DNA of 28,903 nt, from positions 1-28,903 of the forward strand of contig JBDRVN010000019.1 of assembly GCA_039801885.1 (NCBI GenBank). The letters run 5' to 3'. Within the stretch, counting starts at the first letter, position 1; every line of letters begins with the position of its first letter. Position numbers and translations under genes: made by a program. This document shows, in pieces, positions 1 through 8,175 of this stretch. The notes under the pieces are model-generated. The model was not told the DNA's origin, ran no database searches, and saw only the letters and a program-made list of their open reading frames with translations. This stretch comes from a candidate division WOR-3 bacterium (GTDB taxonomy: Bacteria > Hydrothermota > Tepidihabitantia > Tepidihabitantales > DTDR01).

Positions 1-1034
1 TTTTTTAGTTCTTGGCAATGGGCAAATCTTCTTTCAAAAATATTTTCACAAATAATACTTTCACCCTTTGCTAAACAGGCAAGGGTAGTAAATTGTGCCT
101 GCAAATCAGTGGGAAAACCCGGATAAAAAGAAGTGATAATATTTAAAGGTTTTAGTTCTTTTTCTCTTCTTTTGATTTTTATTTCTCTCTCTCCTATCTC
201 TAAATCAGCACCAGCTTCTTTAAGTTTCTGTAAAACAATCTCTAAATGCTTAGGAATAACATTTTTAATTGTAATTTCACCATCAGTAATTAAACCAGCA
301 CACAAAAAAGTTCCTGCTTCTATTCTGTCCGGTATCGGTTCATATGCACAGCCATTTAAATCTTCCTTTCCGTAAATCTCAATAACCGGTGTCCCTTCAC
401 CATAAATTTCAACACCCATCCTTTTTAAGAAATTTATTAAATCAACAACTTCTGGTTCGCAAGAAGCACCAAAGATGGTTGTTTTTCCGTTGATTTTGCT
501 GGCGGCTAATAAAACCTGACAAGTAGCTCCAACACTTGGTCCTTTATATCCGTATAAATAAATTTCTTTTCCCTTAAGTTCATTTATTTCTGCTTCTAAA
601 TATTTGCTATTAGGAATTACTTTTGCCCCTAAATTCATTAACCCTTTGATATGCAAGTCAATTGGTCTTTCGCCAATTTCACAACCACCGGGATAGGCGA
701 TTTTTACTTTTCTAAAACGAAAAAGTAAAGGAGCAATTAGATAATAGGAAGCCCGAATCTTTTTAACAATTTCATCGGGTGGAAAAAAGGAATTGACATT
801 GGAATTATCAATTATTATATCGTTATTTATTACTTCAATTTTAGAACCGATTGCCTTTAGGATTTCTAACATCGTAAGAACATCACTTACCAAAGAGATA
901 TTTTTTAAAATAACCTTTTTATCAGTTAATAAAGAGGCGGCGAGAATTGGTAAAACCGCATTTTTGGCGCTGCCGATTTTTACTTTTCCTTTAAGTTTCC
1001 TGCCTCCTTCAATTATCAACCTATTTTTGACCAT
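1..1034 (-). CDS. murA: UDP-N-acetylglucosamine 1-carboxyvinyltransferase, 3' end outside window
   Basis: Absent from the ORF track because there is no stop in the window. Manual translation from ATG 1034 gives [31 protein letters not shown], ...[15 protein letters not shown] (catalytic Cys loop) and ...[12 protein letters not shown]...ENIFERRF, all MurA hallmarks. Confidence 0.97.
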   Translation of the reverse strand, partial: MVKNRLIIEGGRKLKGKVKIGSAKNAVLPILAASLLTDKKVILKNISLVSDVLTMLEILKAIGSKIEVINNDIIIDNSNVNSFFPPDEIVKKIRASYYLIAPLLFRFRKVKIAYPGGCEIGERPIDLHIKGLMNLGAKVIPNSKYLEAEINELKGKEIYLYGYKGPSVGATCQVLLAASKINGKTTIFGASCEPEVVDLINFLKRMGVEIYGEGTPVIEIYGKEDLNGCAYEPIPDRIEAGTFLCAGLITDGEITIKNVIPKHLEIVLQKLKEAGADLEIGEREIKIKRREKELKPLNIITSFYPGFPTDLQAQFTTLACLAKGESIICENIFERRFAHCQELK

Positions 1035-1923
1035 AAATTGGTCTTTCCGAAAAATATTTTTTTCGCCGTTCTTCAATTAAATTAATCTCTTCTTTTAAAG
1101 AATTAATAAAAGAATTTAAAAAATCAATCGTCTCTGAATCAAAATTTTTTTCTTCTTTGATAACCAATTTTTCTCCTTCTTTTTCATTAGTTATCGCCAA
1201 AATTATTTTTTCAATTTGATAATTCCACAAAATAATTTCCACATACATCTCTTTTTTTCTTTCATTATAATAATAATCAGCCCGTCGGAGTAATTCCTTT
1301 TCTTGACCAATTGTTCTTATCTTATTAAAGAAATAATAAGGAACCTCGTAATTTAAATCCATATCTAAGGAAGATAAATATAATTCTTTTTTTAATTTCT
1401 CTATCTCCTCTTCCCAATTGGAAAAATTGATTTTTATTGAAAGATTTTTTTTATCAAAATTTAATGTTTCCCATTTAAAGTTTTTTATCTTTGGTCGAAG
1501 TTTCAAATAGGCATAATAATGCTCCAATGAATACTCATCGCCAATCCGGTCGTTATGCCATTTGGTATCAACAGTATACATACCAAATTGTTTTATCAAT
1601 CTCACTTGCATATGATAATTATCGATCTCTCGCGAAAGAAGAATTCCACCATAAGCCGGATTATCAGAAGTTATCATATCTTCAGCTGCTTCCAATTCTT
1701 TCACCAATTGTTCCGGAATAAACCAGGCAGCAGAATGTTGATATCTTCTTGAAAAATTAATCAAATCAGTAGTTACGCTGATAACTGCTTCTTTATCCTG
1801 ACAACTTCCTAAAATTATTGGAATACTAATATGGATAGAGGAATCTTCCCGATCTGGACCATAAGTTGCTTCTTCTAAAATCGCAATAGTCTCTAAATCC
1901 TTTGGTCTTATCGCCAGAATCAT
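1021..1923 (-). CDS. Hypothetical protein, 300 aa, probably co-transcribed with murA
   Basis: Long ORF overlapping the murA start by 14 nt, with a promoter directly upstream. No motif recognised. Confidence 0.8.
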   Translation of the reverse strand: MILAIRPKDLETIAILEEATYGPDREDSSIHISIPIILGSCQDKEAVISVTTDLINFSRRYQHSAAWFIPEQLVKELEAAEDMITSDNPAYGGILLSREIDNYHMQVRLIKQFGMYTVDTKWHNDRIGDEYSLEHYYAYLKLRPKIKNFKWETLNFDKKNLSIKINFSNWEEEIEKLKKELYLSSLDMDLNYEVPYYFFNKIRTIGQEKELLRRADYYYNERKKEMYVEIILWNYQIEKIILAITNEKEGEKLVIKEEKNFDSETIDFLNSFINSLKEEINLIEERRKKYFSERPIYGQK

Positions 1924-1928
1924 ATTTT

Positions 1929-1956
1929 ATTATAATTGACCAAAAAATTATTTCAA
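1929..1956 (-). promoter_or_regulatory. Sigma70-type promoter for the hypothetical-murA operon (near-leaderless)
   Basis: Minus strand TTGAAA-N16-TATAAT, then 5 nt to ATG 1923. No SD. Confidence 0.65.
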
Positions 1957-1964
1957 GATATAAT
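1936..1964 (+). promoter_or_regulatory. Sigma70-type promoter for the signalling operon (leaderless)
   Basis: TTGACC(1936-41)-N17-TATAAT(1959-64), then 7 nt to ATG 1972. No SD. Confidence 0.75.
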
Positions 1965-1971
1965 TTAACAA

Positions 1972-2949
1972 ATGATAATCCTTTTCTTTCTCTTATTAAT
2001 TTTATTCTGTTCGCCAGAAAGAGATAATATCTATGACCCAAAAAGCAAATATTATAAAAATACCGGAACCCTTTTGGGTTATGTGTTTGACAATAAAGAA
2101 AGAAAAATTAAAGATGCCGAAATAACTATTTTTGGTGAGAAAAACAGAAATCCCTTAATCACCAAAACCGATACCAATGGTTTTTTTCAGTTTAGCGACA
2201 TTCCTTTGGATTCTTATTTTATTAATATTTATAAAGAAAATTATCAAAAACTAAATTTTTCTAAAAAGATTAATAATTACCAAATTGAAACATTATATTT
2301 TAGATTAAATCCACTGCCTTATTTAAAAAATTGTCAAATAAAAAGTTATTACGAAGAAAGATTTGTTTTACCCGAATCTTTATCTTTTAATATTAACTGT
2401 GAGATTTTTGATGAGAATTTGAAAGAAGTTTATCTTTTATTACCAACCAACGATACCTTTTATCTAAACCATCTAAAAAACCAAATTTATGAGCGGACAA
2501 TAAACAAAGAAATGGTAAACGGTAATTTTGATGATTTGGTAGGTAAAAGTTTTTTAATTTATCTGGTTTCCAATTTTTCTGATACTTTAGTCTATCAAAC
2601 ACCGCCTTTAATAAGAATTATTCGAGAATTACCCGAGCAGATTTCGCCAATCAATGGCGAGATAGCTTCTTTTAAGCCTACCTTAATCTTTTCCCAACCT
2701 TCTTTTTATTTTTCCTATACCTATTTTATAAAAGTTTATTATCTCTTAAACAGCCGATTTCCAATTCTTTGTTATCAAGATAGTCTAATTCCTAAAAATG
2801 ATACAATTGTGGTTATTAATGATTCTTTAATTGATGGTCTCTATCTCTGGCGGGTGGGAATAAGAGATGAGTATAATAATCAGGCATTATCAAAAGAAGC
2901 ATTATTTGAAGTAGTTAGCAAAAAAATATGTTGGAAAGAAAAGCCTTAG
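1972..2949 (+). CDS. Lipoprotein with carboxypeptidase regulatory-like (beta-sandwich) domain
   Basis: Hydrophobic N-terminus ending in Cys (MIILFFLLLILFC-SPERDNIYDP). The G-T-L-x-G-x-V...TDTNGFFQF..IP...Y pattern fits CarboxypepD_reg-like domains. Confidence 0.75.
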   Translation: MIILFFLLLILFCSPERDNIYDPKSKYYKNTGTLLGYVFDNKERKIKDAEITIFGEKNRNPLITKTDTNGFFQFSDIPLDSYFINIYKENYQKLNFSKKINNYQIETLYFRLNPLPYLKNCQIKSYYEERFVLPESLSFNINCEIFDENLKEVYLLLPTNDTFYLNHLKNQIYERTINKEMVNGNFDDLVGKSFLIYLVSNFSDTLVYQTPPLIRIIRELPEQISPINGEIASFKPTLIFSQPSFYFSYTYFIKVYYLLNSRFPILCYQDSLIPKNDTIVVINDSLIDGLYLWRVGIRDEYNNQALSKEALFEVVSKKICWKEKP

Positions 2950-4379
2950 AAACCCTTTATCAGATTATTTCCCAATTAAACTCTTTGGAAGATTATAAAG
3001 AGGTATTAGAAAATACTTTACAGATTATAATGAAGGAATTGAATGCCGAAAGAGGGGTTATTGTTTTAAAAGAGAAAGAAGAATTTGTGCCAATGGTTTT
3101 TGGTGGCGATGCGACAGAGATTTCCCAAAGTGTCATCAAAGAGGTATTGGAAAAGAAAGAACCAATTTTATTACACAGCGCCTTAGATTCCGAGAAATTT
3201 AGTGCGAAAGAGAGTGTTATTTCTTACGGAATCAAGTCGGTAATGTGTGTCCCTTTGATTTCTAAAGATAAATTGTTAGGTGCCTTATATCTCGATTCTC
3301 ATAGCCAAAAAGGAATATTTAAAGAAAGTGATTTGGAATTTTTAATTGCCTATGCCCATCAGGCAAGTTTGGTAATTGAAAATGCCTATTTAAGAGAGAT
3401 GTTATTAAAAGAGAATGTCTATTTGAAAACCGAACTTTCGGAAAAATATTATTTTGAAAATATTATTGGTCAATCAAAAAAGATGCAAGAAGTTTTTTCA
3501 ATAATGAGAAAGGTCTTAAACTCTTCTTTGCCCGTTTTAATTATTGGTGAAACGGGCACGGGAAAAGAATTGGTCGCCAGAAGTTTACATTACTCTTCGG
3601 AAAGGAAAAACAAAAAATTTATTCCAATTTATTGTGGTGGTTTGCCGGAAACTTTATTAGAATCAGAACTTTTTGGTTATAAAAGAGGCTCTTTTACTGG
3701 TGCCTTATATGATAAAAAAGGTTTGATTGAAGAAGCCGATGGTGGCACATTGTTTTTAGATGAAATTGCTGATATTCCTTTATCTATTCAAGCAAAACTA
3801 CTCAGATTTTTACAAGAAGGAAGATTTAGAAGGATTGGCGAAACCGAAGAGAGATATGTGGACTGCCGAGTAATCGCCGCCACTAATAAAAACTTAGAAG
3901 AAGAGATGAAAAAAGGAAGCTTCCGAGAAGATTTATATTACCGATTAAATGTTATCAAAATTAATTTGCCTCCTTTAAGAGAAAGGGAGGAGGATATTAT
4001 TATTTTAAGTAATTATTTCTTAAAGAAATTTTCCGAAAAAGAAAATAAAAGAATAAAGGGTTTCTCAAAAGAGGTAATTGAATTTTTAAGAAATTATAAC
4101 TGGCCAGGAAATGTAAGGGAATTGGAAAATAAAATTGCCCGCGCAGTTGCCTTATGTGAAAGGGAAATTATTAATATAAATGATTTAATTGAAGAAAAAG
4201 AAAGGGAAAAAGAAGAACTTTTTAAGATTAAAAGATTAGACGATTATCTAAAAGAAAAGGAAAGGGAATATTTGAGAAAAGTTTTGGAGATATATAAAAA
4301 TCGAAGTGAAGCAGCAAGGGTTTTAGGGGTTTCGCGGAGAACTTTGTATAACCGATTAAAGGAGTTGGGGTTAGAATGA
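2928..4379 (+). CDS. Sigma54-dependent enhancer-binding protein: GAF + AAA+ + Fis-type HTH
   Basis: GAF (SVMCVPL...GALYLDS...F.ESDLEFL), Walker A GETGTGKE, ESELFG..GSFTGA, Walker B LFLDEI, FREDLYYRLNV, WPGNVREL, and C-terminal NRSEAARVLGVSRRTLYNRLK. Confidence 0.96.
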   Translation: MLERKALETLYQIISQLNSLEDYKEVLENTLQIIMKELNAERGVIVLKEKEEFVPMVFGGDATEISQSVIKEVLEKKEPILLHSALDSEKFSAKESVISYGIKSVMCVPLISKDKLLGALYLDSHSQKGIFKESDLEFLIAYAHQASLVIENAYLREMLLKENVYLKTELSEKYYFENIIGQSKKMQEVFSIMRKVLNSSLPVLIIGETGTGKELVARSLHYSSERKNKKFIPIYCGGLPETLLESELFGYKRGSFTGALYDKKGLIEEADGGTLFLDEIADIPLSIQAKLLRFLQEGRFRRIGETEERYVDCRVIAATNKNLEEEMKKGSFREDLYYRLNVIKINLPPLREREEDIIILSNYFLKKFSEKENKRIKGFSKEVIEFLRNYNWPGNVRELENKIARAVALCEREIININDLIEEKEREKEELFKIKRLDDYLKEKEREYLRKVLEIYKNRSEAARVLGVSRRTLYNRLKELGLE

Positions 4380-5926
4380 TAATTACTGATAAATACGAAA
4401 CTATCCAATTGATTAAAAAGGGAGTAAATACCACTGTTTATTTAGCAAACCAGAAGTTTTTAAACCGTTATGTGATATTAAAAGTTTTGGAGATAAAAGA
4501 AGATAAAGAGAAGGATTTTCTATTAAGATTTGAAAGGGAGGCAAAGATTTTAGCAAATTTGGATATTGAAAATGTTGTTAAAATTTATGATTATGGCTTT
4601 TTTAACTCCCAATATTATATCGTCTATGAATATGTGAAAGGTAAAAGTTTAGAAGAGATTTTGAAAGAGAGAAAAAAATTGGATTTTATTTATACCCTTT
4701 ATCTCTTTTATGAGTTAACAAAAATTTTAAAGATTATCGCTGAGAAAAATATTATCCACCGGGATATAAAACCTTCTAATATTTTAATAAGAGAAGATGG
4801 TTTAATTAAAATCGGCGATTTTGGATTGGCTTATCAAAAAGAAGAGAAAGATTTGACATTACCAGGAATGATTATCGGCACACCTGCCTATATGTCACCG
4901 GAACAATGCTTAGGTGAAAAACTTGACGAAAGGGCTGATATCTATGCCTTAGGAATTACAATAATTGAAACCCTTTCCTCTTTTAACCCCTTTTTCTCCG
5001 AATCCTATACCCAAACAATCCAAAAAATCTTAAATAAACAAGAATTAAATTTAAAAGAAATCTTAAAAAATATTGATGAGGATTTTTTAAAAATATTAAA
5101 AAAGGCAACCTATAAAAAGAAAGAGAAAAGATATAAAAATTTTTCCGAACTGATTAATGATATTGAAGATTATATCAAGAAAAAAGAAATAACTCTACCC
5201 AGCCAAAAGGAGTTTAGTGATTATCTTTTTTTAAGAAAAGAGAGCACAAAAGAAGAAAAAGAAGAGAAAAAGAAAAAGTTAAGTTTAATATATATTTTAA
5301 TACCAATAATTTTTCTCTCTTTTCTTGTTAGCCTTTTCTTTTTAATTCCCAAAAGAAAAGAGATAATATTAAGAGAAGAAACTTTTTTAAGTGAGACAAC
5401 AAAAAAGATTGACACAATTTTAGAAAAGGTTGGTTTTAAAGAAGAAAAGAAGGAAAGAAAAATAAGTGAGACCCTTTCTATTCCTAAAAAAATATCTCAA
5501 GAAATTTCTTTCTCTTATCTCTTTATCAACTGTGAGCCTTGGGGAAAAATTTATTTAGATAACAATTATCTATTTACCACACCAACAAAGGAATTTCTAA
5601 AATTAGAACCAAAGAGTTATTTATTGACAATTATTAATGACTCTTTTGGTAAGTTGGAAACGATAATAAATTTGGAAGAAAAAGAAACTCTATCCCTATT
5701 TTTTAATTTAAAGAGATTAAAAAGTTATTTAAAAATTAATGTTATTCCTTGGGGAGAGGTTTATTTAGATGAAAGATTTATTGGAGTAACTCCTTTTTCT
5801 AAAGAGATTATTGTTGAACCCGGAAAAAGAATATTAAAAATAAAAAATCCCCATTATCCAATTTATCAAGAAACAATTGATTTCAAAAAAGGCGAAATTA
5901 TTGAAAGAATAATAAAACTAAAATGA
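4376..5926 (+). CDS. Hanks-type Ser/Thr protein kinase with one TM helix and two C-terminal PEGA-like domains
   Basis: RFEREAKIL, HRDIKPSNIL, DFG, GTPAYMSPEQ and DIYALG motifs. TM segment LIYILIPIIFLSFLVSLFFLI. Two repeats of IN..PWG.(I/V)YLD....(T/V)TP. ATGA overlap with the upstream gene. Confidence 0.93.
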   Translation: MIITDKYETIQLIKKGVNTTVYLANQKFLNRYVILKVLEIKEDKEKDFLLRFEREAKILANLDIENVVKIYDYGFFNSQYYIVYEYVKGKSLEEILKERKKLDFIYTLYLFYELTKILKIIAEKNIIHRDIKPSNILIREDGLIKIGDFGLAYQKEEKDLTLPGMIIGTPAYMSPEQCLGEKLDERADIYALGITIIETLSSFNPFFSESYTQTIQKILNKQELNLKEILKNIDEDFLKILKKATYKKKEKRYKNFSELINDIEDYIKKKEITLPSQKEFSDYLFLRKESTKEEKEEKKKKLSLIYILIPIIFLSFLVSLFFLIPKRKEIILREETFLSETTKKIDTILEKVGFKEEKKERKISETLSIPKKISQEISFSYLFINCEPWGKIYLDNNYLFTTPTKEFLKLEPKSYLLTIINDSFGKLETIINLEEKETLSLFFNLKRLKSYLKINVIPWGEVYLDERFIGVTPFSKEIIVEPGKRILKIKNPHYPIYQETIDFKKGEIIERIIKLK

Positions 5927-5944
5927 TTGGCACAAAAAATGCTT
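5927..5944 (+). promoter_or_regulatory. Sigma54 (-24/-12) promoter
   Basis: TTGGCACAAAAAATGCTT has GG at 5929-30, exactly 10 nt, then GC at 5941-42. It matches the TGGCAC-N5-TTGC consensus with one mismatch. Confidence 0.75.
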
Positions 5945-5955
5945 ATATTTATATA

Positions 5956-7062
5956 ATGAAACTAATAAAGATATCTCTCTGTATCTTTCTTTTCACATCT
6001 GTTTTCTCTTGGGAATTTAGGAAGCCTTTGAATTTTCCAAGAAGTTATTTAGTGGCTCCTTCGGTAAATGGTAAGATATATGCAATTGGTGGAATAAAAA
6101 TTAATAATGAAATAACGAATATTGTTGAAGAGTATGATTTCTTTGACGATACTTGGCGGCTAAAAAGGGCGATGACTAAAAAAAGATATGATATGGGTTT
6201 TGCTGTAGTAAATAATAAGATTTATGTATTTGGTGGTGTAACCAAAAGCCATTCCGGACGATTAATGCTTCTTGATGATTTAGATCTCTATGACCCAGAA
6301 AGAGACACTTGGATTAAAAAAAGAGCATTACCTTCGCCACGAGCCGGTGCTATTGGCATTGGCTTGAATAATTATATCTATGTCTTTGGCGGCTATGATT
6401 TTTCTTATAGTTTTTTGGATGAAGTTTTAATTTATGATATTGAAAGGGATACTTGGTTATCTTGCTCTCAGATACCAAGACCAAGGGCAAGGATAAATAT
6501 TGGTTATCATGAGTCAATAATTCATATTATTGGCGGTGAATATTACGGTCCTTCCTCGCGCCATTATGGTTATAATTTAAGAAATAATCTTTGGGATACT
6601 CTTCTCTCTTTACCTTTTCCTCGTTACGGAATCTTAAACACCTATTTTAATAATGAAATCTATCTTATTGGTGGTGAATATTATTATCAAGGTCGAACAT
6701 ATTTTCTTCGTTGTTTTAATATTTATAATTGTGAAAATAATTCTTGGTATTTAGGAGATTCAATAAATCTTGCTCGGAGTTATGGTGGTTGCGGAATTCT
6801 TTCTCTTCCCCAAGGCAATTTTATTTATGTAGTAGGTGGAAAATTTCCTTCGGGAATTACTGGCAGTTTAGAAATTTATCAATTATCAGGAATAAAAGAA
6901 GAGAAAAAAGAAAATATCAACAATAATGAAAATTACCAATTCTTAGGGATCTATAATCTTCTTGGTAAAAAAATAACAAAAAAAGATAGAAAGGGAATCT
7001 ATTTTTATCTTATAAAAGATAAAGAAGGTTATAAATTTAAAAAGAAAATTGTTATTAAATAA
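5956..7062 (+). CDS. Secreted Kelch-repeat (six-bladed propeller) protein with a T9SS-like C-terminal tail
   Basis: Signal peptide MKLIKISLCIFLFTSVFS from ATG 5956 (the ORF track starts at 5923). About 6 repeats of KIY.(I/F)GG...YD...DTW. C-terminus IYNLLGKK...KGIYF...KKKIVIK. Confidence 0.88.
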   Translation: MKLIKISLCIFLFTSVFSWEFRKPLNFPRSYLVAPSVNGKIYAIGGIKINNEITNIVEEYDFFDDTWRLKRAMTKKRYDMGFAVVNNKIYVFGGVTKSHSGRLMLLDDLDLYDPERDTWIKKRALPSPRAGAIGIGLNNYIYVFGGYDFSYSFLDEVLIYDIERDTWLSCSQIPRPRARINIGYHESIIHIIGGEYYGPSSRHYGYNLRNNLWDTLLSLPFPRYGILNTYFNNEIYLIGGEYYYQGRTYFLRCFNIYNCENNSWYLGDSINLARSYGGCGILSLPQGNFIYVVGGKFPSGITGSLEIYQLSGIKEEKKENINNNENYQFLGIYNLLGKKITKKDRKGIYFYLIKDKEGYKFKKKIVIK

Positions 7063-7687
7063 AATCCTTTTATTTATATTTTTTATATCTTTACCTCAAG
7101 AGAAAATTACTGAATTAGATTCCCTATTTTATTATGGCAATTACTTAGAAGTTATTAAAAAAGGTGAAGTTATTCTAAAAGAAAAGGATTTAAATAAAAA
7201 AACAAAAGAGAGAGTATTAATTTTAATTTCCCAATCCTATATTATTTTAGGTGATGAAGAAAAAGGGAAAGAATATTTTTTAGAACTACTAAAATTAAAT
7301 CCCCGCTTCAGCCTTGACCAAAAGGAATATTCGCCAAAAATAATTGAAGTATTAGAAAAAGTAAGAAAAGAAGCAGTAATAGAAAAAGAAGAGTATAAAA
7401 GAGTGATTGATAAGAAAATATTTATCTATCCCGGTTTATATCAATTAAGAAATAATGAAAAGTTAAAAGGTTATACCTTAATATCATTAGAAACTGTCTC
7501 CTTATTATCAATATTACCTTCTTATTTTATTATGAAAAACGCCCATCAAAATTATTTAAAAGAAACTGACGAAAGTAAAATAGAAGAGAATTATAGAAAT
7601 TATAAAATAACCTATAATATATTTTACTCAACAGTCCTTACTGCTTTTTTTACTTATCTCTTTCATTTAATTGATATAACTTTCTAA
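7049..7687 (+). CDS. TPR-like protein with C-terminal membrane domain (DUF5683-like)
   Basis: Hydrophobic N-terminus, TPR-like helix pair (QSYIILGDEEKGKEYFLELLKLNP), a PGLYQ...KG motif resembling PGWGQ..KG, then hydrophobic helices. Confidence 0.65.
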   Translation: MLLNKILLFIFFISLPQEKITELDSLFYYGNYLEVIKKGEVILKEKDLNKKTKERVLILISQSYIILGDEEKGKEYFLELLKLNPRFSLDQKEYSPKIIEVLEKVRKEAVIEKEEYKRVIDKKIFIYPGLYQLRNNEKLKGYTLISLETVSLLSILPSYFIMKNAHQNYLKETDESKIEENYRNYKITYNIFYSTVLTAFFTYLFHLIDITF

Positions 7688-7796
7688 CTTCTATACTATC
7701 TCCTATACTGCTCCCTTTTCAATAGAAAGTAAAGCCCTCCTGTTTTGTCAAAATAGAGTTTTAAAAATGTGTATGAAGGGAATATTTATTTAGCCA

Positions 7797-7967
7797 TTAA
7801 ATGAAGATACACCAAGACGTTAAGCACCTCCCTTTTAGGTCTCTTTTTAATAATTCTTTCTTAACCAAAACCTTAAAATCTAATATCTTCTTTATTAAAT
7901 AATGCCGGTAGTTTGATTTCCAATAATCCATAAAATACCTTGGTTTATTAATATCTATTCTCCCCAT
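7797..7967 (-). CDS. Putative unannotated 56-aa basic small protein
   Basis: ATG 7967 to TAA 7797 gives MGRIDINKPRYFMDYWKSNYRHYLIKKILDFKVLVKKELLKRDLKGRCLTSWCIFI. It sits 8 nt after an ECF-like -10 element. Confidence 0.4.
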   Translation of the reverse strand: MGRIDINKPRYFMDYWKSNYRHYLIKKILDFKVLVKKELLKRDLKGRCLTSWCIFI

Positions 7968-7975
7968 ATATATAA

Positions 7976-8001
7976 TACGAAAAAAGAGCCCAAAAGGTTA
8001 C
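7976..8001 (-). promoter_or_regulatory. ECF-sigma-type promoter
   Basis: Minus strand GTAACC-N16-CGTA, i.e. AAC in -35, CGT in -10 and a T-rich spacer, the general ECF promoter pattern. Confidence 0.55.
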
Positions 8002-8013
8002 CAGAAATTTTAT

Positions 8014-8033
8014 TGTGAGAAAAAAATTTCACA
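8014..8033. promoter_or_regulatory. Palindromic operator or upstream activator sequence candidate
   Basis: TGTGA-N10-TCACA, about 80-100 bp upstream of the degenerate sigma54 promoter at 8113. Confidence 0.4.
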
Positions 8034-8112
8034 TATGTAATAAGATGCCCATTTTAAGAAAGAAAATAAATTAAAAAATATTGATTTATAAATAATTTTA
8101 AATATCAAAATA

Positions 8113-8130
8113 ATGGCATAAAAAATGTTT
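8113..8130 (+). promoter_or_regulatory. Degenerate sigma54 promoter
   Basis: ATGGCATAAAAAATGTTT reads GG-N10-GT. It is nearly identical to the 5927 site except for GT instead of GC at -12 and T instead of C after TGGCA. Confidence 0.45.
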
Positions 8131-8175
8131 ATTATAAAAATGATGAAAAAGAATAAAATTAAACAGGAGGTCAAC

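Noticed and set aside
133-1080. Plus-strand ORFs 133-375 and 793-1080
   Set aside because: Antisense shadows of murA, which the ORF track missed because it lacks a stop in the window.
3670-3705. GSFTGA instead of GAFTGA in the bEBP
   Set aside because: A common functional variant, so not evidence of sigma54 independence.
4410-4445. Degenerate Gly-rich loop (KKGVNTTVY) suggesting a pseudokinase
   Set aside because: Catalytic Lys, HRD..N and DFG are intact, so it is probably active.
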